Source: Phoronis australis
Lineage: Eukaryota > Animalia > Phoronida
NCBI GenBank assembly: GCA_002633005.1
Contig: NMRA01000087.1
Coordinates: forward strand, 989,080-1,053,079
Direction: 5' to 3'
DNA: 64,000 bases
Within the stretch, counting starts at the first letter, position 1. Each line of letters starts with the position of its first letter. The translations under genes were made by a program, and so were the position numbers. The notes under the pieces are model-generated. The model did not search any database and was not told the origin of the DNA. It was given only the letters and a program-made list of their open reading frames with translations. Of the stretch, positions 41,701-53,700 are shown piece after piece.

Positions 41701-44700
41701 TGCAACCACTGCATTACTATCAATGTACCTTCGTTTTTCAGTAAATTTAATAAGACACAATCAGCTGACCCAATTAACGGCTTCGTTAAAAAGTGAAACA
41801 TAAAATTTTACATGCTTTTCACTCTCAGAAAATATACATTTTTACCGAGTTAAAATCACTAGTTCTGAAAACATTTTGCTTAATACGCCAACATGACAAT
41901 AGGGTCCTACGTAATCTTAGCATAGCTACTGTTCAGCTTTCTAAATAACCACTGCATATTACAAAGAAAAAGACAACAGTGTCTAATTTGTTAGGCATGC
42001 CCTAGAGTCACAGCTGACATTTGCCAGCCAATGATATCATTAAGGATAGGAGGCAATTAGCAGGAGGGATAAGTTGAAGACAGATAAAACAGTCTTTTAG
42101 CTTAGTGCTAACTGCACACAGCAGTACAGTGTTCAGTACAATGTGATTCCTCCATCGCTAACCATTGCTTCGAACACCATCTTCAATACTTTACAGACAT
42201 AAAATTTTTATGAAAGGAAGGATACCAGTAATTATGCTTTTAAGCATAATTAAAAATACTAAAATCAACAGAAGTATGTGAACTTAGAGCTTGAATATTT
42301 TATACGAGTTGCATGGAAAATCATCTTTTCAATCCTTTATTCTTGACAGCGATACGTTTAAGAGATTTAGGAGTAGAGCGAGTTAGCGTCCTAACTTCAT
42401 ACAGATACACTTAAAACTAAATTGAGTTTAACCTAATTTAGAACACAATATAGCATTCAAGTAGAAATGGATTTTTTATTTGTTCATGAAGGATAAGTAG
42501 CCCAAATAGCCAATTTCGGCAACCATTTTCCTGCAAAATTACATTACATTCTATCGTAATCGATTGCAAAATTGCTTGGGAAACTAGATTTCTAGTTAGA
42601 ATTGTCATTCTTGGCTTGACCTGTTATAGCTTCTGACCTTGTTTTATTCATGCAGACGCAGCGTTGGCAAAACTATCACACTTTTAACTTCAGGTTTTTA
42701 AAAAATATAAATCCTGGGATCCATGCTAACAAAATAAACATTTCATTAATCGGTCAACTAATTCTTATCATCATTAATTTAACCCCAGTCAGTTACCATT
42801 CTAAAAGTCCAGCCATTCACACACTGTGATTCGCGCTAAAATGTTCACGGAACGCTGGAAAGGTCACTTTAGTGCCTTTGACATCATAAGCAGTGTATCG
42901 GCAATGAGTGATGGCGAGAATATCGCACCATTAACGTCATTTTGACGTCACTATTGTGGCCAGTAATTATTCTAATTATTTTCTACTCATTTTTCCAGAA
43001 CACAGAAACTAGAAAGTCAATTACAAGCGACAAAAGCTAAGTGTTATGTTTTCGCTCAAAATGACTAGCTCAGACACAGCAGGCTCGTCCTAAGTCCCAC
43101 TCACTCTACAGGCGCTTTTACAGCTACTTCACGCGTCACAGGCATCCATACTTGTTCCAATTCATTGCCATTAACTTCACTGTCATTGCCTTCGTCTCAT
43201 AAATCACGCTGTACACATTGAAAGCACTCGAGTTCCTCATAAAAATCGCACATATCATCTATTGCAGGTTAGTGCAAGCACTGCTTGCGCTGGCAGGAGC
43301 TCGGTTGGAAGAATTGAGACTCTGGTGGTAGGAGAGGTGATTCAGGTGTTACAAGCATGCTGAGCAGGTACAAAAGCTTAAGTTACAATACATACAACAT
43401 AATCAAAGTATCAGTATATGCCTATTCAGACACAGTAAACATCAAAAACTCCAGGATTTCTACACTAATGTTGTTTTTGAATTCATTAGCAAAACTCCGC
43501 CCAATCAAAATTCCATCGCAGCTTCCCTTACCTTTCCCACTAACTCATTTCCGATAACAACATCGGAACTACCGCTGGTTCTAGTTCTAGAAATTAGACG
43601 CTTTAAGACGTAGCTAATTTCCACTCTCCACCGAACAACTATGATGCATCATAAAATCACTAGCATTTACTTCCATCAAAGTGGAATAAAGCTTTTCCTT
43701 GCAGGGGAGTTGCACAGTTTAATCCACCTTACAGGTTTTACTTTTTCAGTCTAGTTGTCGCGTTTTCCCATTAACTGAAACTCCGCGAAACGAAAGTTGC
43801 CGTGTTGGTGGGAAAGCGACATGAATCCGGACAACAGGGGCCTTATTTCAAAAATTGGCCCGGCTTGAAAATTATAGCTGTTTTAGTTATAAATCAAAAT
43901 TAAGTTTATTTTCCTATTTAGACTGTGAAACATGTCATTTATTTGCAATGCAACAAAAGAACATTTTTAGCAAAACAAAAATGAGTGTGCCCCAACAATG
44001 AAAACTAGGGATACTTTTTAACAGTAAACCAACTTATCTCAGAGGGTAAGGGCGAGGGGAAAAAACAATATTTTAAGCATGGCTTAAAACAAACAAAACA
44101 TGACCACAGTCCCTCGAACACAGTGATTACAACCGAGGTGAACACAGATCACATCATTAATAACTCAGCAAATATCTCATCACTCATTAGACTACCTTGT
44201 ACAAAAAGCTTTCATTAAAATTCCATAATCCCTCCACAGTAAACACACGAGTCTACAATGAGGTGAAAGACATAACTTATGAACCCTTGAAAATCGATGT
44301 TGCGGATGATGTGCTGAGAAAAAATCAATGTCAAGTAAACATCGATTCATACTCTGTAGGAATTGTGTCCAGAGAAATAACCACGCCATGATGCTGAAAA
44401 CAGTTCAAGAATCTAATCTTTGGTCTGTGGGGAGAACCGGTGCTAGAAATTTATTACGAGAATGTATTGAATGCGTGTGTGCGTGCGTGCGTATGCACAA
44501 GTTTAGGTTAACCAATACAGTCCAGAAATTGACGTCTTGATTTAAGAGATCTGGACTATGCATTTTTGTATAACCTAACGGATATGGATGTTTATATATA
44601 AAAGAGTACAGTGGTATTAGCCTTGAAGCCAGTATCAACTCACCTATTTCTAAAACAGGGAATTTGGTGAACCTTTCGTGGTTCTTTTACCTACTGAGAT

Positions 44701-47700
44701 AGCACATTGTAAAACATTCACCCCTGGACATGGTGTCAGTTTTGGTAAACGGCTTCACGCCATATTCATAAAGAGGAATATCCTTCGTATAAAAATGAAC
44801 TATATATAAAATGCATAGAGTAGATACCATGCAGGGTCATGGGTTCACATCACGAAACCTGATAATTAATTACAAGTCTGAAAAGATTGCTGCCCAGACC
44901 TGTGCTCTAACTCATGACCTACATCCATATTGACGCTTTAGTCCACTCAGCTGTCAGGACCACCAGTCAAACACAGCAATCCAGTCAGACTTGTGTTTTG
45001 AAGGACTTCCTGTCCACGTAGTCAAATATTTGTCTAATTCATACAGTTTTTCTTAAATGTTAAGCGCCCCATGCAACGTCCAACATACTGAGCAGCAGAG
45101 CATTTCCGATCTTTATTTTCCAAGTCCAACTCTAACAATACAAAATAGACTATTCACAACAACTCAACAGAACGTGGATGCATGAACACGACCACATGTT
45201 GACCCTCCGCTATGTTATAAATGTCCAAACTTGAAAGACTGGACACTTGGAATGTACTACCTATTGATTATCCCTGAAAATCTATAAGTTCCTAGGCTAA
45301 AACAGTTCAGTGAATCTTACACCTGCAAATCGCCAGCCAATTTACCAGGACTACCATAGTTCAAGTATACAACGCCCAACTAAGTCAATGCCTACACACC
45401 TACTCTGAAATCTTAGTAATTTAGGACAAAATATAGCAGACAAGTAAAGTTCTAAATTCTCACTTTTTTATAAAAGATATTTAACACCAAATTAATGGTT
45501 TGCCATGTTCAAGTTCAGTGTCCTACTTGTCACAAACATTTATCAAGTAAATGATGAGGCAGTGTGGCCTGGTGGGATAGGTGCCGTGGGTTCGAGCCCC
45601 ACTGGGCCACACTGCCAGACCCTCGAGTCAAGACTCCAGCTCCTCAGCTCAGTTTAAAAGCATAAAAATAGTTCCAGGTGATCAATGCAACAGGTCTACC
45701 AGAGTGGCCTGCGCACGCCTGATACGTGTACTAGAGCACCTGCAATTGTTATTTTAAAGATGGGGAGAATATAAAAATTTCTTCAGTTTGTTGCTTCGTA
45801 CTCGTAACTGGTACGGCAATATGGCTGACAAGTGAAATCTTTAATTTTTGTTAAATTAATTCAAAAAAGTTGAGGTTAAGGACAATTTCGTCTGTTACAA
45901 GCAAAGTTCCAGTTATTTGCAGAAAAATAAATCATCCAGAACTCAGTCAGCAACTAAATGGTCCAAAAGCTCAATTAAAATTGGGCGCCGAAAAGAACAA
46001 AAAATAACATAGCCCATAGGTCCTCCAAAGTGGCCCACAGACTTGAGGCTGTGAGAGTCAATTCACCCATACCCACGTTTATCAACAAGAGCAACGCAGA
46101 GCGTTGAAATGCGCCCACAATTGCACCGCATAGGGTATCCTTCTAGGGTTGTTTATTGGTACCACAAAGTGGCCAGTAGAGAGCATATATGTAGTATGTT
46201 GTACTTAGCAAAATGGAAAGGCATGGTCATTGTCTCCTCAATAGGCTAGGGGCAAAATGGAGTAATCTTCATAATACAAGCACATCCTGTACATCAGTTG
46301 CTTAAAGCACCACAGAAACATAGAGTTAAAAACAAATTTACCAACATACAAGATTAGCACAGCATTAGAATGCCAGAAACAAATTTCTACTTGGAACTTT
46401 TCCTTCATAGTCACGAAGTAACACAAAGTATACACCTGAAGACCTATGAAAATACAGAGGTCAATGTAAAATACTANTAGAGCAGCGGACGCCGGACGCC
46501 AGACGCCGGACGCCGCCCGGACGGACGGACGGAGATGACGGCATAATGCGTCCACATATAAATATGTGGGCGCATAAAAATGTTCCCTATTAATACAATT
46601 TAACCAAATCACAGAGACTATTCTTGAGAGCCTGGCATAAGGTGTATTACGGGAACCTTTGTCAATATAATATCTTAAGTCACCGAGTAACACGGGAACC
46701 TTTGTCAATATAATATCTTACATAGAAAGTCACCCAGTACCTAACTGGTGTTATCATACTGATGCTCAAGGAACTATTCCCTTATCAGGTCAATCTTGCC
46801 TTCCCAGCAGATTAGAGAGTGCAGAGAGTCTCACTGAACAGAACAACAGTGCTGGAGACCTGGTTATCAGTGAACCAGGACCTTGCCTGCTTTCACTGAC
46901 CACAGCAAGGGAATTGCACTGCACATATTGAAGGAAAATGGGTGACCAGACAAAGAGATGGACATGCAGAGTGTGTGGCTCCCAGCTGAAGATAAAAGAT
47001 TGAACACGAAGATCCAACAGACAAGTGATAGGTTCACGTATTCTGGCAAAAATGCTAGCCGTTCTTCAGTGAAAAAAACGTAGTGTTCTAGCCAGACTGA
47101 TGTGCCATCTGCAAACCGAACATTTTCGCCAGCAGTTAGATTTTTTCCTTGCCACCTGAATTGCTTTTGTTAAAGCATTATCACTATCAGCAATTAAAAT
47201 TAATCAATTAAAGCAGTGATCAAAACTGCCCAGGTGTCATTTGAAGTAAGCTGACTGGCTACAAAAACACAATAAGTATAAACATCAGCAGTTTGGGGTA
47301 ACTCTAACCGCCAACAAAAATGACTCATGCAACCATTCATATTTCCGATGTGTTTGCTACTAGCTTGAGTGCTGGAAAAAAAAAAAACGCCAGCATTTTA
47401 GCTCGTAGTCAATGAACGGGGAAAATACTCTGCAAGGGAGTTGGGAGTTCTAGTAAGTAACTGCCATACTTGTCACAATGAAATGAACTTTTGAAAAAAA
47501 AAATAGAAAAATGGCAATTTAAGCAATTCTTTTTGTAAAAAAAATAAAAACAGAATTTTCACCATAATACAAAAGAGAAAACCAACATTATCTGAACAAT
47601 GATACATAAATTATTATCTGCAGTTTATGATTATAATGACAACGACAACATGAACTTCTAATTCCAACACTACTGATAACACAACATGTCACAAGCTGTG

Positions 47701-50700
47701 CTTAGACCATAACTTTGACAAAACCCTAAGTCATCGGCAGTTGATACAGCCTACTCAGAAACTACAGCAAATTACAAGCGTTCGCTCAAAAACCACAATG
47801 TTTGCAATGAAATGTCTATTTGTCTGCATCCGCAAGTACATCCGAGATGGCTGTTTGCGCCTTTTGAACGCTTTGCATAAAGGTAGATGATTACCTTCCT
47901 TACCAAGGATCAAGTCCACAGTTAAAATGTAGACCACGACATTCATTGCATACAGGAAGATTTTTAGACAGCTGATATCTCAGGCTATAAGGCACTAAAA
48001 TAAAATCCCAGACACACTTCTATAATCAATGGAATAAAGAAACAGAATTTGCAAGTTTTGTGTGAAAAAAAATCACCTTCATGAGTAATAACATTTTTTA
48101 AGAAAAAACACAATCGAGTGATTACTAATATTTGGGCATTGCTTTTGTGCACATAAGATTACGTGAATATCAAACATGACTTTATGTAACAAGTTGGGAC
48201 TGTTATTACTACTTAAAAAGTTATTTAAGAAATGTTATCCCAGATAACAAAGGTAAGGTAGCCCATTACCATAACACAGGCAATTGACAAAGAATAAGGT
48301 AACCAGGCACAATTTGCACTATCTCAAAAAACTGTGAACACTGGCTGGTCAATCGTGCAATATGCGTCAATGTTTTTTGAGGCAGCCACATACATTTTGG
48401 TGTGGCTGATTTGAACTGAAATTGGGTTCCGGTTTCTTCACTGCAAAACACCTAAAGCAATAACGTGCATATATACACATCTCGGGCTAACCAGTAGTCT
48501 GCGATAAAGGGACAGGTATTATTTTGTGTTTTGTGGCGAATTCGCATTAGTCAGAAGAAACCATTCTCAAGTTCACAAATAACATGTTAGCACTTCTCAT
48601 TTTCCAGAACTGAACTATTTACGGCGAAACTCAAAACTCACGTTTTTTGCATGTTCAGCGATATCATATATCACACGATATCACAAGATAACACACGGTT
48701 AAGTTGCAGTAGTCAGTAATAAGCAAATGTTTCAAGAGCATACGACAGGACAGCGAGTGCTGTTTACACCAAAGGTTTGAGTAGCAAATCAGGGTAATGA
48801 TGTGAGGATAGTTCAGATCAAAGCGAAAACGAATGGCTTCATCACGCAATTGTCTATATTCATGTTATAAACAATTAATAGCATATGCTGATACCCAGAT
48901 GGTGCTTTCTCATTAGGGGAACTTCGGTTTACTGAAGCTTTGTCAAAACTTCACTTGTGGTCAAATCTCACCAATTTAGGACATAATATGGTGGACAAAT
49001 GAAACTTTATGTTTTCATTACTTTAAAAAAGATAAGTAGCACCAAATAAATGCTATACCATTTTAAATGTCGATGCCATAGCTATCTTCGGACAATGTTT
49101 CCAGCAACTGTGGACAAAACAATATTAGAAGCGTTTGAAAAGTGAAAAAAGACCAATTTTTGGCAGTTATTTTTGTCCGAAATTGTTGAGATTTTACTGC
49201 ACCTTTCCGACTAGACAGCGATATTGAAGTTATCGCTAAGACTCCAGACAACGCAGTTCACGCGTACACTCAAACGAATATTGAGTAGTGGGTTTGAGGC
49301 TAACTGAAAACTGTCATTTACGAGTGTTCATGAAAATGATCAGAGTCATTCTTCATGAGATATGCTTGCTTTCATTCATTTACGTGTGTATATCGAGAGT
49401 ACGTCGGCTACGCTACAGTAACAAAGAACACGTTTTGCAAGTATCGTGTGACTGCATATCGTTGCCACAACCTCTAACAATAACTTCGACGAAATCTTCC
49501 GTTTTACAACAGTGATATGGTAAAACTTTTTCATCTCCAAACACTCTCATGTCATCCTCATGTCTACATAATCGCAGCAGACATTTCCCAATACTTAACC
49601 CATTTTAATAATTACCTGGGTAATCTGCTTTAGGAACAAGGTGAATGAATTATCACTATCAAATCACAAGCACACTGGACCACTACAAACATCATTTTAT
49701 TCCTGCCCATGTAAGAAGTTAACAATTTTGACTATGAAAATGTTTCCTTCCATTCACCGAAAGAGATCACAATTGACATTATCTCCAGTCAGGCAAAACT
49801 TTTGACATTCTCTTACATTTATCACATTGGAGATCCATTCACGAGGGAAAGACTAGAATAAGTCACTAACTCTCTGATTGTCTCATCACATAATCCCATT
49901 TCTTAACAAGAATTAATTAATAATTAACTAGTCTCAAAGTCTTGTCTTTGAAATTTTTACATGGATGCATTTTGCAGGCTGGACAGAAATCAATATTAGA
50001 CGAACATGCCACAACGAGCCAACACTAAACGCGTTAGCTGGCAGATTTGCAGCCTGTAATTCAATGCTGGTCAAACACACACCATCAGCCTTTCACCACG
50101 GAAAAGGAGTTGACAGAAATTAAAAGTAACATAGCAGTTAATAGGTCTACACAGCTGAATGAACCGCAAATCAAAAGCTTACACTAACCACAAAGCGTTT
50201 GTTCTAATCTAATGAATTGTCAGGGACAATTATCCATATTTCCACCAACGGCTCACATTGACAGAATCTTTGGGAATTCTTCACCTATTTATGATTCCCT
50301 ACAAGACTGAACAGTGAAATCCTATTCTGTCAAATTTTTCCACAGTATGACAAAATTTTTCCTTTTGGCATGTCAAACAACCAAGCCCACGTGTTGAAGC
50401 ATTACCCTCTCCATAAAACTTAAAACTATTTTGCAACAACACACTCAAAAATTTCGAAACACAACAGAGCAAGCAACTGCATAGCAGATTCTCAGCAACG
50501 GAAAACAACGCTTAAACATGAATTATTTGTTTTTCAGTCATACTCAGATACTCGAAAACTCATCACGCTCCTGTAACACATTTCAGACATCAACTGCCAC
50601 CCTACCTGTTGACTGGTTCGATGCCCTGCGTCGTATCTCCGCACTCATAAGCCTTGACACGTGACTACAGAACTGCAGAATATCCCCAAACTTCTCAGTC

Positions 50701-53700
50701 ATCTCGCTTGAGGGCGAATTTCCGAACACCTATAACGAAAACGATGCCAAGGTTAACGACAACAAGTCAATCATATGAATTTTCTAAAGCAATGGTATTT
50801 CAACGTGTGCAACCAGTGACTTCTACTGCAACTTACCTGAAGACAGAGCCTCTTAATTTCCATGCACAATACCTTAAGTGCCGTTTACACTTACGAAGTT
50901 GACATGGATCAGCTGACACGGAACAACTTGTTCCAGTGCGTAAACGGACTGACACGGAGCAAATTGACACCGCGGTGACAAATTTTTGTCACCCATTTGT
51001 GAGGTAGAGCAATTTGTGCCCCAACATCTTGTGCCGTGTCAATTATAAGTCAAAACGCGAAACTGGAGCAAGGTGGAAAGGATCATCTCTACTGCGCTTG
51101 TGCAATGACATTCATACAGGTTCTTTGTCTCTGCAACTCTCGTCATTTCTAAACCTGCGCATGTGCAATCCAGTCTCTCCAGCCTGCAATTTCCGTCTTG
51201 CCACGGTTAGTAAGTTGTGTGTGTAAATGGCCGCATGACACGGGTCAATTTGCTCCGTGTCAGTTGCACCGGGCCAAAAGTTGATGTCTAAACGGGACTT
51301 AAAGCATGCCCTGAGCACTTCTGCCTGCCACAAACATCCTGGTAACAGGGGTCAGCACAATCTACCTGATTTAGGACACAATATGACAGACAAGTGAAAT
51401 TCTACATACATTAAATATAAGAAGCACTGAATAATGCTTTCTCCGTGTATGTTGTATACCTCAGCACACATCACAGAATGCTTTCTCCGTGTATGTTGTA
51501 TACATCAGCACACATCACAGAATGCTTTCCCCGTGTATGTTGTATACCTCAGCACACATCACAGAATGCTTTCTCCATGTATGTTGTATACCTCAGGACA
51601 CATCACAGAATGCTTCCCCGTGTATGTTGTATACCTCAGCACACATCGCAGAATGCTTTACCCGTGTATGTTGTATACCTCAGCACGTATCACAGAATGC
51701 TTTCCCTGCCTATGTTGTATACCTCAGCACACATCACAGAATGTTTTAAGAAATCGTGGCCATGTACAACAACATCAACAGATGAATTTGGGCAATAATA
51801 TTATTATTTTGTTCGAAATTGGTGAGATTTTACGGCTCAGTTAAAGATGATATCAGGAACCACCCATCACACACGAGCAGCAAACAACAACCAATCTTGC
51901 AACTAGCGAGATACGAAGGCTGTTAACACTGAGAAGAAGGCAGAATTCAGAAGTGTGGACAGAGGAAGGGCATTAGGAGGCGATAGTTCCACAACATCCA
52001 CAACACAACCACAGCTTGATAATCCAGAATGAAGAATACACGCTCTATCCAAATGGTTCCTTAATTGGAAGGATGTCGATTAACAGCACCACATTGTATT
52101 GTATTTTGCAGCGTAATCTCACCTGGCAAAGATATGCTATCTTTATGCTAAACAGATGACCGTCTTTACCAAAGCATTAAGCTATTCTAGCAGTGTTCCA
52201 GCCAACTCCTAACTGATTACCACGTATAAGACCTTCATCTTGCTGCCTTTCAAACAGACAACCCCAGAGTCTCCGAGGACTGGGCAAATGGTGCTAAATG
52301 CCAACGAACTCCATAAAACGGAATCAAATTCGAATATGATTATGGTAATACGCAACTAGCAGATGTCAAGCCTAATGGGAGATGACCCAAACAATCGATC
52401 AGGAGACCAACTTATGACCTTGACAAGTAAACAAGTTTTTACTATAATACACTTACATAAATATAAAACCAATAATGTTAACAAAAAAGTAAACACCTAA
52501 TCAAACAAAACACATGTTTCTACAAAATCAGTAGGGTTGATATACCCAATTAAAAAAGCTAAGATGCATCATCTTAATTAATATCAGCCTAAATTGCGCT
52601 GATTAAGAATGAGTTTGTCCCGACTACCGGCAGTTACGCAGAGGTGGTCCCTGCATTTTGAGAACCTGTCTTTCATCACTGAATAACATTAGCATCGAAA
52701 TGGTTCTCAAAATCGTATACCCTGTAAGTAATTTAGACCAGTCACCTGGATTGAATTTTCATTTTTGTTGACTCCCTAGTAACAAAATCTGAAAATCTCC
52801 AACAAAACTGCACAGAACATTTCCAAAACTGAATGTGTAATCTGTTCAGTAAATCACTACCAGACCACAAGCTCCCTCAACACGGAGGCCTGACCAATAC
52901 ATATTCCAAACCTTAATCTTTTGTAAATTCTTCACTGCCACCTAAACACAATTCCACAACAAAACACTGTTACAAGACTAGAGCAAACTTCATACCGGGA
53001 TGTGTTGCAAGACTAGGCGTGCGAGATCCAACCAAATCCAAAGCAAAAATGAACCATATCTTACGCAGACCGACACATAAGTATGTCTGAAATCCGAATT
53101 CGTTTTCAAAACAAGGTTTACCTTAAAGCCTTAATTAATCCCAGTCCAGGTGTACTTAGCAGCTAGCTGGCAGATGTAAAGTTCCAGAGGTAGTTACATT
53201 CTTACTAGTCATTCATCACGGTATTTGTCAATCTATCCTAGATGCAGTTACGTCAAATGCATCAGTTTCAACGCTGGAAATCGTTGGCACAAGAAGTAAA
53301 ATGGCATACCGATGTCGGTAGGAGTGGAAATGAGTGATGAGGGCTTACGCAGGTACGGCATTCAAATAAAGTCAAAATTCCATGAGATGACGGACACGCA
53401 GGTAACGATACATAAATTATCCCAACCTTGGTTATTTACTATTGCCTATTATTGCGCCTATTTCACAGCTTTTTACTTGAAGCTGTTATCATGAATTTTA
53501 TGAATTTTACAACTGAGAACTAGGACCCATTTAACAACAAGAGCTTGGTTTCAACGAGTACAAGTTAAAAAATAATGAAACAGATAACCCCACCTTTGAC
53601 TTGACTCACAACTTCAACATCAAGAGCCACAGTATCTAATCTATCAGTATATACTGAGACAGAATGACCCAGAAAGCCAAGTGACGAAAACTGGCTGAGC

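Noticed and set aside
46790-47049. Coding-like stretch containing CRVCG on the + strand
   Set aside because: Interrupted by stops and not assignable; at most a decayed transposon fragment.
51434-51844. Three overlapping ORFs with repeated peptides (MLYTSAHITEC..., STHHRMLSPC...)
   Set aside because: Translation artefacts of the 44-bp minisatellite.
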